Part shown: positions 1 through 11,591 of the stretch, piece by piece
Layout: every line of letters starts with the position of its first letter
Numbering within the stretch: the stretch's first letter is position 1
Origin: Trichormus sp. ATA11-4-KO1
GTDB lineage: Bacteria; Cyanobacteriota; Cyanobacteriia; Cyanobacteriales; Nostocaceae
Assembly: GCA_019358915.1 (NCBI GenBank)
Contig: JAHHIM010000055.1
Location: 64,001-128,000 of the forward strand
DNA: 64,000 nt
Direction of reading: 5' to 3'
Program-made: the position numbers and the translations under genes
Notes under the pieces: generated by a model
The model's database searches: none
What the model was told of the DNA's origin: nothing
What the model saw: only the letters and a program-made list of their open reading frames with translations

Positions 1-2
1 CA

Positions 3-1583
3 ATCCCTACACGGTTTGGGGGTAAAAATAACGGTGTGATTTGTCTGATCAAATTCCAGTCCTACGATTGGCATGAGTCAGAAAAGCAATTGCTAAAAGA
101 GATAGGGCCGTCTTGTGCGATCGCCTTTTCCCAAGTTCTACAAGCACAGTTAATTGCTACTCAAAACCAGTATCTGCAAAAAAGCCATCATTATCAAAGC
201 TTGATCAAGCAATTAACTATACTTAGTCGGAGTAACTTGGAGTTGAATCAAATGCTCCAGTTAGCGATCGCCTCGACTGCCGAATCACTACAGGCAGATC
301 GGGGTTTGCTGATATTACTCAAATATACAGATCCACTATTTAGAATTCAACCTAAAAAACAAATTCCTCACGCCAAAGCTACTGTTGTGGGCGAATGGCA
401 TCGGGAAATGCCAACCCCAACTAATAAGCCAAATTCTATAACTCAGTCGTTTTCTCTTTCAGAGTGTGCTTTGTGCCAGCGCGTATTTATAGAATCTGGC
501 AAACCAGTAATTATTAATGACTATACAGACCTACAAGATACTTGGACAGTTGCCCCTTTGTTTGCAATTGAAGTCTTACCAACAGTGCTGTTAATGCCAT
601 TAGAGAATCAAGGCAAAGTCTTAGGGTTCTTAGTGCTACAACAAGCAGTTGCCCGTACTTGGCAACTAGCAGAATTAACTCTTGTAGAAATGGTTTGCGC
701 CCAGGTGAGTAATGCCATCATTCAGTCGCAGACATTACGGCAAGTCCAGACTGTGGTAGATGAGCGGACGGCAAAATTAACCAGTAGTCTAGAACTACAA
801 GCAAAATTGCATGAAAGAACGCGGCAATATATCAAGCAGCTGCGGGAACTAAACGAACTCAAAGATGAATTTTTGAGCAACATGAGCGATCGCTTGCGCT
901 ACCCACTGACCAATATGCTGATGTCAATCAAGAATTTACGTCTACCGGGAATCACACCGGAGCGTCAGGTAAGATACCTAAATATTTTAGAGCAAGAATG
1001 TACCAAGGAAATCAACTTAATTAATGACTTGCTGACTTTACAGAAACTAGAGTCGGAGAAAGAAGCGCCACAGTTTGAGACGATTGATTTAAATAGCAAA
1101 ATTCAGGAGTTAGGTGCAGCTTTTGAGAAAAGGCTAGTAGATAAAGGATTAAGCATAACTTTAGATTTACCGCCGGAACCGTTAACATTACAAACCGAAC
1201 TAGAGAGTTTTGACCGCATCCTCCAAGAGTTATTAAATAATGCCTATACATACTCCGAGCATGACAGTGCTGTCCACTTACAAGCATTTCACCGAGTTGA
1301 AGAGCAAATTGATCAAGTTATTATTAAGGTGACCAACACAGGACGTGCCATCTCTGAAGAAGAAGCAACCTACATTTTCGACAAATTCCGTCGTGGTAAA
1401 GGACGCTGGCATCCAGGGACTGGATTGGGACTTGCCCTAGTCAAATCTCTAGTACAGCACTTGCATGGGGCGATCGCTGTTGAGAGTACACAAATCTTAG
1501 ATTCCCCACTGAGCAAAGTTTGTTTTACCCTCATTCTGCCCCAATTTTCTGATGAAAGCAAAGCATATGCCGAAAGTGACTGA
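3..1583 (+). CDS. GAF-domain sensor histidine kinase (5'-truncated by window edge)
   Basis: GAF-like segments, HisKA-like helix (ELNELKDEFLSNMSDRLRYPLT; the usual His appears as Asp), HATPase G2 box GTGLGLALVK; frame is open back to the window start. Confidence 0.85.
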   Translation: MPTRFGGKNNGVICLIKFQSYDWHESEKQLLKEIGPSCAIAFSQVLQAQLIATQNQYLQKSHHYQSLIKQLTILSRSNLELNQMLQLAIASTAESLQADRGLLILLKYTDPLFRIQPKKQIPHAKATVVGEWHREMPTPTNKPNSITQSFSLSECALCQRVFIESGKPVIINDYTDLQDTWTVAPLFAIEVLPTVLLMPLENQGKVLGFLVLQQAVARTWQLAELTLVEMVCAQVSNAIIQSQTLRQVQTVVDERTAKLTSSLELQAKLHERTRQYIKQLRELNELKDEFLSNMSDRLRYPLTNMLMSIKNLRLPGITPERQVRYLNILEQECTKEINLINDLLTLQKLESEKEAPQFETIDLNSKIQELGAAFEKRLVDKGLSITLDLPPEPLTLQTELESFDRILQELLNNAYTYSEHDSAVHLQAFHRVEEQIDQVIIKVTNTGRAISEEEATYIFDKFRRGKGRWHPGTGLGLALVKSLVQHLHGAIAVESTQILDSPLSKVCFTLILPQFSDESKAYAESD

Positions 1584-2175
1584 ACAAGACAACACCATCA
1601 ATCATCTTGACCTTCAAGCCGCTAATGATGACACACAGCTAGAAAACAACTTGGCTGCTGATGTAGTTGGTTTACCAGATGTGGCAATTCAAATTGAAAA
1701 AATAGCGGAACGAAAGCGGCAAATTACTGCTAAGATTCAAATTCCCCAGCCAGTCGAACAAATCTGGCAGGTGCTGACAAATTATGAGGCCTTGTCTGAC
1801 TTCATTCCCAGCCTGGCGAAAAGTTGTCTGCTGGAGCATCCTAACGGTGGGATTCGACTGGAACAAATAGGCTCTCAGCGCTTACTCAATTTCAACTTTT
1901 GTGCGCGTGTAGTTTTAGATTTGGAGGAATACTTTCCTAGGGAAATTAATTTCTCTATGGTAGAGGGAGATTTCAAAGGCTTTTCTGGTAGCTGGTGTTT
2001 AGAGCCTTATGCTCTAGGCGAGGATGTAGGAACTATTCTCTGCTACACAATCCAAGTCTGGCCTAAACTGACTATGCCAGTGGCAATCATTGAACGTCGC
2101 CTCAGCAATGATCTGCGGTTAAATCTTCTAGCTATTCACCAACGTGTTGAGCAGTTAGCTAATTTAAATTCCTAA
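1567..2175 (+). CDS. SRPBCC/polyketide cyclase-like protein
   Basis: IWQVLTNYEALSDFIP and FSMVEGDFKGFSGSW motifs of the cyanobacterial SRPBCC family; start could be 1552. Confidence 0.8.
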   Translation: MPKVTEQDNTINHLDLQAANDDTQLENNLAADVVGLPDVAIQIEKIAERKRQITAKIQIPQPVEQIWQVLTNYEALSDFIPSLAKSCLLEHPNGGIRLEQIGSQRLLNFNFCARVVLDLEEYFPREINFSMVEGDFKGFSGSWCLEPYALGEDVGTILCYTIQVWPKLTMPVAIIERRLSNDLRLNLLAIHQRVEQLANLNS

Positions 2176-2180
2176 AACTC

Positions 2181-2217
2181 AGCCTTTTCTTCAAAGGTAA
2201 CTATAGAAGAAAAGGCT
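2181..2217. terminator. Inverted repeat between convergent SRPBCC gene and tRNA-Glu
   Basis: AGCCTTTTCTTC ... GAAGAAAAGGCT 12-bp arms. Confidence 0.6.
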
Positions 2218-2252
2218 TAAATACAAAATAATTCGATTTTATATTTTTAAAG

Positions 2253-2325
2253 TACCCCCAGGGGAATTCGAATCCCCGTCGCCTCCGTGAAAGGGAGGTG
2301 TCCTAGGCCTCTAGACGATGGGGGC
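2253..2325 (-). tRNA. trnE: tRNA-Glu(TTC)
   Basis: Minus strand GCCCCCATCGTCTAGAGGCCTAGGACACCTCCCTTTCACGGAGGCGACGGGGATTCGAATTCCCCTGGGGGTA folds as a cloverleaf, anticodon TTC. Confidence 0.97.
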
Positions 2326-2741
2326 GTAAGACTCAAACCTTTTATAAAATAACGAATTTTATGGTTGATGTCAACAGCTTTTGCCAAAAAAAAATTGCGT
2401 CAGCTAAAATGAGCAGCAATAAGTGCGATCGCCAGTGAATAATCATACAATCACTGTTATTTAAATTTGTGCATCAGGCACACAATGCAATAGCATCAGC
2501 AGCGATTTCTTTAGCTGTTGTATTTTTTCTGGTGTTTGATACTAAAAAAGGACTCTTAATTACCACCCAAGCATCATTGGTTGTTTCTCCAAACATAGTA
2601 GAATAGAGTAATATATAGAACTAAGTATGAAAAAAACTGGGAATTTATCTAGGGACAAAGGATGTGATGTTGTACTCTGTAGAGGTAATATTTACCATTC
2701 TTTACAAAAGATTTTGAAATATATCGCTCAAAATCTACAAC

Positions 2742-4661
2742 ATGGAAGCATCTTTTGAAATCACCCTACAGGTGGTGAGCGTCGTTGTTGCAGGCATTAG
2801 TGCCCAGGTACTGGCTGCATACTTCCGCTTACCTAGCATTGTTTTGTTATTGCTATTAGGCATTGTGCTTGGCTCTGATGGGCTGGGCTTGTTGCATCCG
2901 CATTTGCTAGGTACGGGACTAGAAGTAATTGTTGCTCTAGCAACGGCAATAATTTTATTTGAAGGCGGACTCAACCTAGATTTACGAGAGTTGGGCAGAG
3001 TTTCCGTTAGCCTGCAATTGCTTGTCACCCTGGGAACTTTAATCACTCTCATTGGCGGTAGTATGGCAGCCCACTGGCTGGGCGAATTTCCTTGGAATAT
3101 CGCTTTTCTCTATGCCTCTATCGTTGTGGTCACAGGGCCAACGGTGATCAGTCCTCTGCTCAAACAAATTAATGTAGATCGACAAGTAGCAACGATCTTA
3201 GAAGGGGAAGGCGTTTTAATCGATCCTGTAGGAGCCATCCTCGCCTTCGTTGTCCTAGACACAATCATGAACGGCGATGCTGACCCCATCAATGCCATTA
3301 TTGGTTTACTTATACGTCTGGGAATTGGTGGGGCTATTGGCGCAGCCGGTGGCTACTTGATGAGCTTAATTTTCAAACGCGCCAATTTTCTCTCATCTGA
3401 GTTAAAAAATTTGGTGGTACTGGCGATTCTCTGGGGTCTGTTTTCGTTAGCGCAGACAATCCGCAGTGAATCGGGAGTTATGACAACAGTCATTGCAGGT
3501 GCGGTATTTGCCAACTCTTCGGTGCCGGAAGAGCGTCTATTGCGGAGTTTTAAAGGTCAGCTAACAATTCTCAGCGTTTCAGTGCTATTTATCCTCCTAG
3601 CAGCTGATTTATCCATTGCTAGTGTGTTTGCCTTGGGTTGGGGCAGTTTATTTACGGTTTTGGTACTAATGTTCGTCGTGCGTCCGATTAACATTCTTTG
3701 CTGTACCTGGAACAGTAACCTGAATTGGCGACAAAAACTGTTTTTAAGTTGGGTGGCGCCTAGGGGTATTGTTTCTGCCTCCGTTGCTTCTTTATTCGCT
3801 ATTTCTTTGACACAGCGCGGTATTAACGGCGGTGATGCCATTAAAGCTTTAGTATTCCTCACAATTATCACGACGGTGGTTTGCCAAGGGTTAACAGCTG
3901 GCCAAATTGCTAAGTGGTTGCGAATCACCTCCAAAGATGCAACTGGGGCAGTGATTGTGGGTTGTAATCCCTTGAGTTTGTTAATTGCCCGCTTCTTTCA
4001 AGAACGAGGAGAAACAGTGGTCATGATTGACACTGACCCGGAACGTTGTGCCAAGGCAGCAGCTCAAGATATCCGAGTGATTTCTAGCAGTGCATTGGAA
4101 GTTAGCGTTTTGGAAGAGGCAGGACTTGCTTCTATGGGAACTTTTTTGGCTATGACCAGTAATGGTGAGGTCAATTTTGTTTTAGCTCAACGGGCAGCAG
4201 AGGAATTTAATCCGCCGCGTGTTTTAGCGGTTTTTCCCCGTGACCCCCAAGCTAACTCCAGTTCCCATAATAAAGTTCACCAAGCTTTTGCTACAGATTT
4301 AGCAATTAAAACTTGGAATGAGTACATAAATGATGGCAGAGTGAAGTTAGGAACAACTACACTCAATGATGCTGAATTTCCTAAGCAACAGGATCGCATC
4401 CAAGAAAAGATTCGGTCTGGAGAATTAATCCCACTACTGGTAGAACGAGAAGACCACCTACAGGTAATGCCAGCAAGTCAAGAATGGGAAGTAGGCGATC
4501 GCATTATTTATTTATTGCATGACCCCAGACCTAATCTATTAAAACGTCTATCCGGTGGTAGCCAATCGACTCGCCTTTCTCTAGAAACCTTACCTGAGGT
4601 CGAAGAAGTACCTTTAGCGAAATTATCTCAACTTTTTACTGGCGATGCTCCTGAAAATTGA
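2742..4661 (+). CDS. CPA1/NhaP-type cation:proton antiporter with C-terminal TrkA-N domain
   Basis: Many TM helices, ILFEGG, TGPTV, LEGEGVLIDP, PRGIVSA motifs; C-terminal Rossmann-like VIVG segment. Confidence 0.9.
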   Translation: MEASFEITLQVVSVVVAGISAQVLAAYFRLPSIVLLLLLGIVLGSDGLGLLHPHLLGTGLEVIVALATAIILFEGGLNLDLRELGRVSVSLQLLVTLGTLITLIGGSMAAHWLGEFPWNIAFLYASIVVVTGPTVISPLLKQINVDRQVATILEGEGVLIDPVGAILAFVVLDTIMNGDADPINAIIGLLIRLGIGGAIGAAGGYLMSLIFKRANFLSSELKNLVVLAILWGLFSLAQTIRSESGVMTTVIAGAVFANSSVPEERLLRSFKGQLTILSVSVLFILLAADLSIASVFALGWGSLFTVLVLMFVVRPINILCCTWNSNLNWRQKLFLSWVAPRGIVSASVASLFAISLTQRGINGGDAIKALVFLTIITTVVCQGLTAGQIAKWLRITSKDATGAVIVGCNPLSLLIARFFQERGETVVMIDTDPERCAKAAAQDIRVISSSALEVSVLEEAGLASMGTFLAMTSNGEVNFVLAQRAAEEFNPPRVLAVFPRDPQANSSSHNKVHQAFATDLAIKTWNEYINDGRVKLGTTTLNDAEFPKQQDRIQEKIRSGELIPLLVEREDHLQVMPASQEWEVGDRIIYLLHDPRPNLLKRLSGGSQSTRLSLETLPEVEEVPLAKLSQLFTGDAPEN

Positions 4662-5263
4662 GCTAAATCACCTCCGCTATACATTTGCTGTTCCTGCCAA
4701 ATTAAGGCAGATAGATGTACCACAGCCAAAATAATGGCAGCAAGCGAAATAAGATAACTGTGGATGGTGTAAAGGTGTGCAACAGTGACGGTGCTAATAG
4801 CGCCACCGCCTGTCAGAATGTCTCGCAGTTGTCCACCAATGAAAGGAATAGCTTCAATTGTTCCTAGTTCGATGCTAAAACGCCAGTACCCTTCTTGAGT
4901 CCAGTCTAAAAGCATCGCTGTCCAATCTAAGGCGATCGCACTAAGTGTAAACAAAATCCCACTAATCCAAGCAGTCAGCCAACTTTTGCTAAATTGCCGA
5001 CCTAAAAACATCACCACAATTTGCACTAAGGCCACCACGATGACAGCATTACCAGCAAGATCATGCGCTCTCAGAAACAACCAGCCATATGGTACTTGTG
5101 TACTAATTGTTCTCAATGATCTATAAGCACCACCTGCTGTTGGTTCGTAATAAAAAGCCAGCAAAATTCCCGTAGTGATGTAAATCAAGCACAGGGTAAG
5201 AATCACAACCGCTAAAATCGTTGCCAGTCGTCGCCAAATTCTATCGAACTGGGTGCTTTGCAT
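4628..5263 (-). CDS. Cytochrome b/b6 N-terminal domain protein (PetB-like paralog)
   Basis: TGILLAFYYEPT, GWLFLRAH, WISG, LDWTQEGYW, IPFIG, LYTIH motifs. Confidence 0.85.
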   Translation of the reverse strand: MQSTQFDRIWRRLATILAVVILTLCLIYITTGILLAFYYEPTAGGAYRSLRTISTQVPYGWLFLRAHDLAGNAVIVVALVQIVVMFLGRQFSKSWLTAWISGILFTLSAIALDWTAMLLDWTQEGYWRFSIELGTIEAIPFIGGQLRDILTGGGAISTVTVAHLYTIHSYLISLAAIILAVVHLSALIWQEQQMYSGGDLAQFSGASPVKS

Positions 5264-5473
5264 AGCTCACCCCTCCTGTTCTTAACTAAATTATTTATTT
5301 TTATTACAATTTCAATTTTAGCTAAGAAATATTAATATATTTTACTTTTCTCAGAAAAATATAAAGTTTTTTTAAACTAAATACTGTACCCAAGTTTTTA
5401 ATGGTTCTGGTGAGCCATACCAAAGGTCTCCAAGGTAAATCCGGGAAATCCAACCTCCTGCCGAGTGACCGAT

Positions 5474-5668
5474 TCAATTGACTTGGGTAGCGTCATGTTC
5501 ATGTAACATTTGTTTGACGGTGCGATCAAGTTGCCACAAAATCAATGTTACAGGTCTCCCACCAATGGTAGGTAACCAGTCACCCAACTGTAAAAGAGAT
5601 TGTTCTAGTTGGCGGTAAGCGATCGCGCTTTCTAAATATCCAAGGACAAGAACTGTGGGTAATGGCAT
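5474..5668 (-). CDS. Small hypothetical protein
   Basis: 64-aa ATG ORF containing a HIP1 site; no recognised motif. Confidence 0.35.
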   Translation of the reverse strand: MPLPTVLVLGYLESAIAYRQLEQSLLQLGDWLPTIGGRPVTLILWQLDRTVKQMLHEHDATQVN

Positions 5669-6227
5669 GTAAAAGTGTGGGGAGTTTGTTTTGCTGAAAT
5701 TTGCCTTGGTGGACTAGTAGCAGAAGACAGTTTTGATGATCATGACATTTCTGGTTGGGAGTCCCCAGAAAAATAGCAAATTTGGCTACAGTGGGAAACT
5801 AGTTTGATGTGATAGGATTAGGCCAAACTAAATTCTGTTTTAAAAGTAAGCTTGGTGTACGTTACAGAGCGTATCTGACTAAAAAATAATTTAGTTCAGC
5901 AAACAAGCAAATAAAACAAACAGTAAGTTATGCATTCAGACTGATGCGATCTCTACCAGTAGCAACTACCCTAGGTTTCAGTCCGGATTGTACAACTCCT
6001 CATAAAAATCGCCATTCAACAGTGAGCATTAATTTCAGCGCCTCTCTCGCCAGTGCAACATTGTTTTAATGTCTAATTAACAAATTAAAAACTTGAAAAA
6101 AGCCTATCCTGCCATGTTGAGTACCAGTATAGGAAGTTATGATCTTTTAGAGGGACGCATCTCCTGTAATCAAGATAAAATTGCTTTGCTAGTCAACCGC
6201 AACCGAGCCGAGTGAACGATAACAGTT

Positions 6228-7643
6228 ATGTCTTACGTCTCCCTGCTAAAAAATATACCAGAAATCTTAAGCCAGCCAACTGGGATAGCAGCCATCGCCT
6301 CTCTTGGCATTCATGGCGCTATTGCATTGATTGTGCCACTGATGCCTGTAGAATCTGACATATCTAAAGAGGAATCAGCATCACCAAAATCGGTCGGTAT
6401 TTTGGAATTAAGCCAAGCTGACCAAAACCGTCTGCCACAAACTCCAGAGACAATGCAATCACAAGTTGCCCTGCAACCGCAGCTGCCCCTACAACCGCAA
6501 TTGCCGCTACAACCGCAACTTCTACCTCCAAATCTGGATACCCAGACGACGATATTGCCACCTTTGCCACCACCGTCTTATACCCAGCCTGTACTACCGC
6601 CAATCGCTTCAATACCTAACAATTATCGCGATCGCACTGCCTCCTTGCCCAATAGAAGGCCTGCATCGGTAGCTCCTAGGCAGAATTTCCGATTTGATAC
6701 ATCTGGTTTTAATGCCGCCGACAGCAAACTCACCGCATCAGTTCCTAATTTTAATGATAAAGACATCACGGTAGCAGTAACCAAACCACTACCTGTAAAC
6801 AAATTACCCGAGTTATCTGCGGCTAGAACACCTGATGACTTGATAAATTCCCCGTCCCCGTCTACGACAACACCAAACAAGCCCACTCCACAAATCACGC
6901 AGCCGGGGAATGGAGCACCGAGAGTTGATCGCAACCAGCCATTGGTATCTCGCATCCAACCAACCCCACAAACTGGAAATAATTTAACTCTAGGAAATGA
7001 AAGTATCCCCAAATTGCAGCAGGGATCTACACCCAAAGCACCTGAGTTGCCCTTGCAGCAAGTCAATGAGCAAGAGACATTGATTGCCCAACTAAACTCA
7101 TACGAAGAACTGAGAAAAGCAGTTCAGCAAGCATATCCTAATTCGGAAGAAAAAGCAGTAATCCGTGAGACTATTGCTACAAATAAACCGGGTATGGATA
7201 GCACTGTTTTGGGTTTCTTAGTAGTAGATACTGAGGGCGAGGTTTTAGATATTAAATTCCAAGACAAGACAGTTTCTCCTGAATTGCAATTAAGAGCAAG
7301 AGAATATTTTAAAACCAGGTCTCCTAAAGGAGATAAGCGGATCAGCCGTTATCCGTTTAGCCTGCGTTTCCAAAACAACGAAAACACTGCTGAAGCTACT
7401 TCAGAGCAGACACCCGCAGCCGTTAAACCAACATCCACCCCAGCAACTACGATTAAACCATTACCGGAACTGCGAATCAGAACTAAGCCACAGACACCCG
7501 CATCGGGAATTACTCCTAAACCATCATTTACACAGGAAGCCAACAGCAATCAGCTGTCACCTTCCAGAGAATCTGGTCAAAAACTCATCCAAAAGTTGCG
7601 TCAAGTGAGAGAACAAAGACAAGATTCTACTCCAGAATCTTGA
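6228..7643 (+). CDS. Pro/Gln-rich membrane-anchored protein (TonB-like architecture)
   Basis: N-terminal TM helix with SLGIH, long Pro-rich linker with LQPQLP repeats, C-terminal beta segment (FLVVDTEGEV). Confidence 0.6.
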   Translation: MSYVSLLKNIPEILSQPTGIAAIASLGIHGAIALIVPLMPVESDISKEESASPKSVGILELSQADQNRLPQTPETMQSQVALQPQLPLQPQLPLQPQLLPPNLDTQTTILPPLPPPSYTQPVLPPIASIPNNYRDRTASLPNRRPASVAPRQNFRFDTSGFNAADSKLTASVPNFNDKDITVAVTKPLPVNKLPELSAARTPDDLINSPSPSTTTPNKPTPQITQPGNGAPRVDRNQPLVSRIQPTPQTGNNLTLGNESIPKLQQGSTPKAPELPLQQVNEQETLIAQLNSYEELRKAVQQAYPNSEEKAVIRETIATNKPGMDSTVLGFLVVDTEGEVLDIKFQDKTVSPELQLRAREYFKTRSPKGDKRISRYPFSLRFQNNENTAEATSEQTPAAVKPTSTPATTIKPLPELRIRTKPQTPASGITPKPSFTQEANSNQLSPSRESGQKLIQKLRQVREQRQDSTPES

Positions 7644-7907
7644 AACGGGGAGATGGGGAGATGGGGGGAAGAACTTAATATTAGTAATCTCCCCTTGTCC
7701 CCAGGGCTGTTTCATTCGCTTGTGTTGGAGATTTGTCAAGAGGATAATCTCACGCAAAGGCGCAAAGACGCAAAGAAAAATCAGGTATTTCGGACTGAAG
7801 ATGCCAAAATTTCCGGTCTTAATTGTGGATTTGCCCTTGCAATTTTAACCCTTTTAGGGAACGAATCAGCCCTGCCCTTGTCCCCATACCCGGCAATCGC
7901 AGCTGAT

Positions 7908-9302
7908 TTATATTTCCCCTCCAACTACTACATCCCGAATTCGCAGACTAGGGCCACCACAACCCACAGGTAAGCCGTTTTGTCCGCCTTTACCACAACC
8001 ACCAGATTCGTCCCAGTAAAAGTCATCAGCAACGGCTTCAATGTCTGCCAGGGTTTGGAAAACATTACCTGAAAGTGTGACATCCTTCACAGGTTCAGCG
8101 ATTTTACCGTTTCTAATCATCCATGCTTCCCCGGCACTAAAGGTGAACATTTCTCCATTGGTCATGCCGCCTAGCCAATTACGGGCATATACTCCTTCTT
8201 TGATCCCGGTGAATAAGTCAGCAACTGGCGTTTTACCACGTTCAATCCAGGTATTTGTCATGCGGACAATCGGGTTAAAGTGATAATTGAGACAACGGGC
8301 ATTGCCTGTTGGTGCTTCCTCTAATTTGCCTGCGGTTTCACGAGAATGCAAGCGTCCTACCAAAATCCCATCTTTAATTAGTTGGGTAGTAGTAGCAGGT
8401 GTCCCTTCATCATCATAAAAATAGCTACCACGATGTCCTTCTGGGGCAGCACCATCAAAAATTTGTAGTTCTTCTGGCCCAAATCGCCGGCCGATGGTCA
8501 TGACTTCCAGTAAATCCGGATTTTCGTAAGCCATATCAGCTTCGGAAAGATGTCCAAAGGCTTCATGGACGAACAAACCAGTGAGAATTGGGTCAATGAC
8601 CACAGTGTAGGTGTTACCTTTTACTGATGGTAGAGATAAGGCCGCAACAGCTCTTTGGGCGGCACTTTTCACTTGTTTATCTAAAGCATTTAAATCTTCA
8701 TAAGCTTTGCGAGAGCCAGTAGTTTCCCTACCAGTTTGCACTGTTTCTCCATTTCTGGCGGTGGCGGCAAAGCGCATTTCCATATCCACCCAAGATTGCT
8801 CGATCAAAGTTCCTTCTGAGGTGGCGATAATAACTTTTTGAGCGCTGTCACCATAACGGACTGAAGTTGTGGTGATGCGGTGGTCAACACTTTTCAGTGA
8901 ATCAGTATAGCGATCGCATAATTCTTTTTTTTGCCAAAGAGGAATTTTTCGGGGGTCAGTACCTGTCAGAGGTAGTTGGCATATTGCTTGCACTGGGTCA
9001 ACGGGAGCTAGTAAAGTCTCTTCATCACCCACCATTCGGGCGGCGGCGATCGCTTCTTCAATGCGTTCTTTAATAGTTGCCAATTGGTTAAAGCTGCTTA
9101 ATCCCCACCCACCTTTATAACAAGCACGAATATGTCCGCCAATGGAGATGCCTTCACTCAGGGTTTCTACCTTGTCACCGCGCAACAAGATATCAGTCCC
9201 TTCTGCTTCTTCTAGGCGAATCATCAAATAATCTACACGGGATGAGTAGCGGGTGATGAGGTCAGAAAGTAAATTTTGTGCGTCAGCAAGTGTACTCGGC
9301 AT
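7908..9302 (-). CDS. tldD: TldD/PmbA family metalloprotease
   Basis: HEAFGH zinc motif, DDEG, RMTNT, CGKGGQ..PVG.GGP. Confidence 0.92.
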   Translation of the reverse strand: MPSTLADAQNLLSDLITRYSSRVDYLMIRLEEAEGTDILLRGDKVETLSEGISIGGHIRACYKGGWGLSSFNQLATIKERIEEAIAAARMVGDEETLLAPVDPVQAICQLPLTGTDPRKIPLWQKKELCDRYTDSLKSVDHRITTTSVRYGDSAQKVIIATSEGTLIEQSWVDMEMRFAATARNGETVQTGRETTGSRKAYEDLNALDKQVKSAAQRAVAALSLPSVKGNTYTVVIDPILTGLFVHEAFGHLSEADMAYENPDLLEVMTIGRRFGPEELQIFDGAAPEGHRGSYFYDDEGTPATTTQLIKDGILVGRLHSRETAGKLEEAPTGNARCLNYHFNPIVRMTNTWIERGKTPVADLFTGIKEGVYARNWLGGMTNGEMFTFSAGEAWMIRNGKIAEPVKDVTLSGNVFQTLADIEAVADDFYWDESGGCGKGGQNGLPVGCGGPSLRIRDVVVGGEI

Positions 9303-9435
9303 TTTTATTGAATAACTATGACGAACTCCATTTATTTTGCAATTATTCGGGTCCCACGTGCTACTTCATGGCTTCTGATATCATTTGTAGCGGGTGGTAC
9401 GCCGTCTGTGGGGCACTCTGAAGTTGCACATTCAA

Positions 9436-10410
9436 CTAAACACTCATCTCTAGCATCCGTTGAATTGGACGCAGTGCAGCAATGCGGATCTCTTCTGACA
9501 TGGTAATTTCAGGAGTACGATTCTCCATAGCCCAATAAAGCTTTTCTAAAGTATTTAACCGCATAAATGGGCATTCATTACAATTGCAGTTATTCAATGG
9601 TGGCGCAGGAATAAAACGCTTATTGGGAGCTAGTTTTTGCATTTGGTGAATGATTCCAGGCTCTGTAGCCACGATAAATTCATTTGTTGGACTATTTTGA
9701 CAATATTTGAGTAAGGCGGCTGTGGAACCGATAAAACTGGCGTGGCGCAATACACTACTTTCACATTCTGGGTGGGCGATCGCCTCGGCTTCTGGGTGGG
9801 CAATTTTTAACTGCACAATTTTCTTTTCCGAAAAGGTTTCATGAACAATACAGCTACCTTGCCACAGCACCAAATCTCGTCCAGTTTGTTCCATAACATA
9901 TCGTCCTAAATTCCGGTCTGGGGCAAAAATAATCGGCTGTGACTGTGGTATCTGCTGCACAATCTTGACGGCGTTGGAACTGGTACAGATAATATCGCTC
10001 ATCGCCTTAATATCGGCAGAACAGTTAATGTAGGACACTACCAGATGATCCGGATGTGCTGCTTTAAAGGCGGCAAAAGCCTCTGGTGGACAACTGTCTG
10101 CTAAAGAGCAACCAGCAGCCAAATCTGGTAACAGCACCAATTTATCAGGATTAAGTATCTTTGCTGTTTCTGCCATAAAGTGAACACCAGCAAAAACAAT
10201 CACATCTGCATTGGTCTTTTCTGCGGCTTTAGCTAATTGTAATGAATCCCCAATAAAGTCGGCGATATCTTGAATATCTGGCTCTTGATAGTAATGCGCC
10301 AAAATCACTGCATTGAGTTCTTGCTTGAGACTCTCAATGGCAGCAAATAAATCTAGTGGTAGTCCACCCAGTTGGGTTTTATTTCGTTGAGGTAGTGCAG
10401 TGGTAAACAC
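9436..10410 (-). CDS. nadA: Quinolinate synthase A
   Basis: ILAHYYQ, GDSL, GVHFMAE, GCSLA, C.VH, HPEC, GST, CPFM motifs. Confidence 0.96.
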   Translation of the reverse strand: MFTTALPQRNKTQLGGLPLDLFAAIESLKQELNAVILAHYYQEPDIQDIADFIGDSLQLAKAAEKTNADVIVFAGVHFMAETAKILNPDKLVLLPDLAAGCSLADSCPPEAFAAFKAAHPDHLVVSYINCSADIKAMSDIICTSSNAVKIVQQIPQSQPIIFAPDRNLGRYVMEQTGRDLVLWQGSCIVHETFSEKKIVQLKIAHPEAEAIAHPECESSVLRHASFIGSTAALLKYCQNSPTNEFIVATEPGIIHQMQKLAPNKRFIPAPPLNNCNCNECPFMRLNTLEKLYWAMENRTPEITMSEEIRIAALRPIQRMLEMSV

Positions 10411-10560
10411 AGTTAGGGGTTGCTTTAAGTTGCAAGTTTTGATCCTGTGGATTCAATTATAGTAGTTTTTACCAAAAATGGGAGACGGTTGATGTCCCCT
10501 CAGTTGTGTCCAAATCCGTCGGAGTTTCATATGCTGGAGATAGACGGCAAGGAAAGTGGC

Positions 10561-11481
10561 ATGACCAGTCAGAAAACTCAATCAATAACCCTAAAAATTG
10601 CTGTAGTTGGAGATGTTCACGACCAATGGGAAGTAGAAGATGGCATTGCACTCAAGCATCTGGGTGTTGAATTAGTGCTGTTTGTCGGTGATTTTGGCAA
10701 TGAGTCGGTGGAAGTAGTCAGAGCGATCGCCTCCCTCGATATTCCCAAAACAGCAGTAATGGGAAACCATGATGCCTGGTACACTGCCACAGAATGGGGT
10801 CGGAGGAAGTGTCCTTACGACCGTTCTCAGGAAGATTGGGTACAGGAACAACTTGACTTATTGGGACCGGCCCATGTTGGTTACGGTAAGCTGGATTTTC
10901 CCGAGTGGAATTTAACTGTCGTGGGAGGTCGTCCTTTTAGCTGGGGTGGCCCGGAGTGGAAATTTGCGGAAATCGTTCAAGAACGGTATGGTGTGACAAG
11001 TCTGGAAGCATCTGCTGATCGCATTGTCAAAGCAGTAAAAAGCGCCGCTTATGAGACGATTATTTTTCTGGGTCACAATGGCCCTAGTGGATTAGGCGAT
11101 CGCCCCGAAGATCCCTGCGGTAAAGACTGGCATCCTATAGGCGGTGACTTTGGTGATCCAGACTTGGGTGAGGCGATTTCTCAGAGTCTCACTGCTGGTA
11201 AGACCATTCCTCTGGTGACATTCGGTCACATGCACCGCACCCTCAGACATACCAAGAAAATACAGCGCAAGGCTGTTTTTAGAAGTCCAGAGGGGACAAT
11301 TTACTTGAATGCGGCAACTGTGCCCAGAATTGTGGAAAATGAGGGTGAGAAACTGCGTAATTTTTCGATTGTTTCCCTAGAGGCGGGTGAGGTTTCCCAA
11401 GTCTCCCTAGTTTGGGTAGGCAAAGATTTCCAGGTGACCTCAGAAGAAATTTTGTACGAGCGTTCACGTAGTGTGTCGTAG
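10561..11481 (+). CDS. Calcineurin-like metallophosphoesterase (TIGR04168/DevT-like)
   Basis: GDVH, VGD, GNHD, HNGP, GHMH metal-binding motifs. Confidence 0.85.
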   Translation: MTSQKTQSITLKIAVVGDVHDQWEVEDGIALKHLGVELVLFVGDFGNESVEVVRAIASLDIPKTAVMGNHDAWYTATEWGRRKCPYDRSQEDWVQEQLDLLGPAHVGYGKLDFPEWNLTVVGGRPFSWGGPEWKFAEIVQERYGVTSLEASADRIVKAVKSAAYETIIFLGHNGPSGLGDRPEDPCGKDWHPIGGDFGDPDLGEAISQSLTAGKTIPLVTFGHMHRTLRHTKKIQRKAVFRSPEGTIYLNAATVPRIVENEGEKLRNFSIVSLEAGEVSQVSLVWVGKDFQVTSEEILYERSRSVS

Positions 11482-11591
11482 ACATTCGCCTTCGGTAGTG
11501 CAATCTGCGTAGATGATGAGATATAGTATTATCTGTCAGCTTTAGTGCTAGCCCACAAATGTAGGGTAGTTAGTGGCTAGACAGATTTACT

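Noticed and set aside
7557..7973. ORFs 7557-7757 and 7653-7973
   Set aside because: They span intergenic STRR-like repeats (GGGGAGAT) between convergent genes and show no motifs
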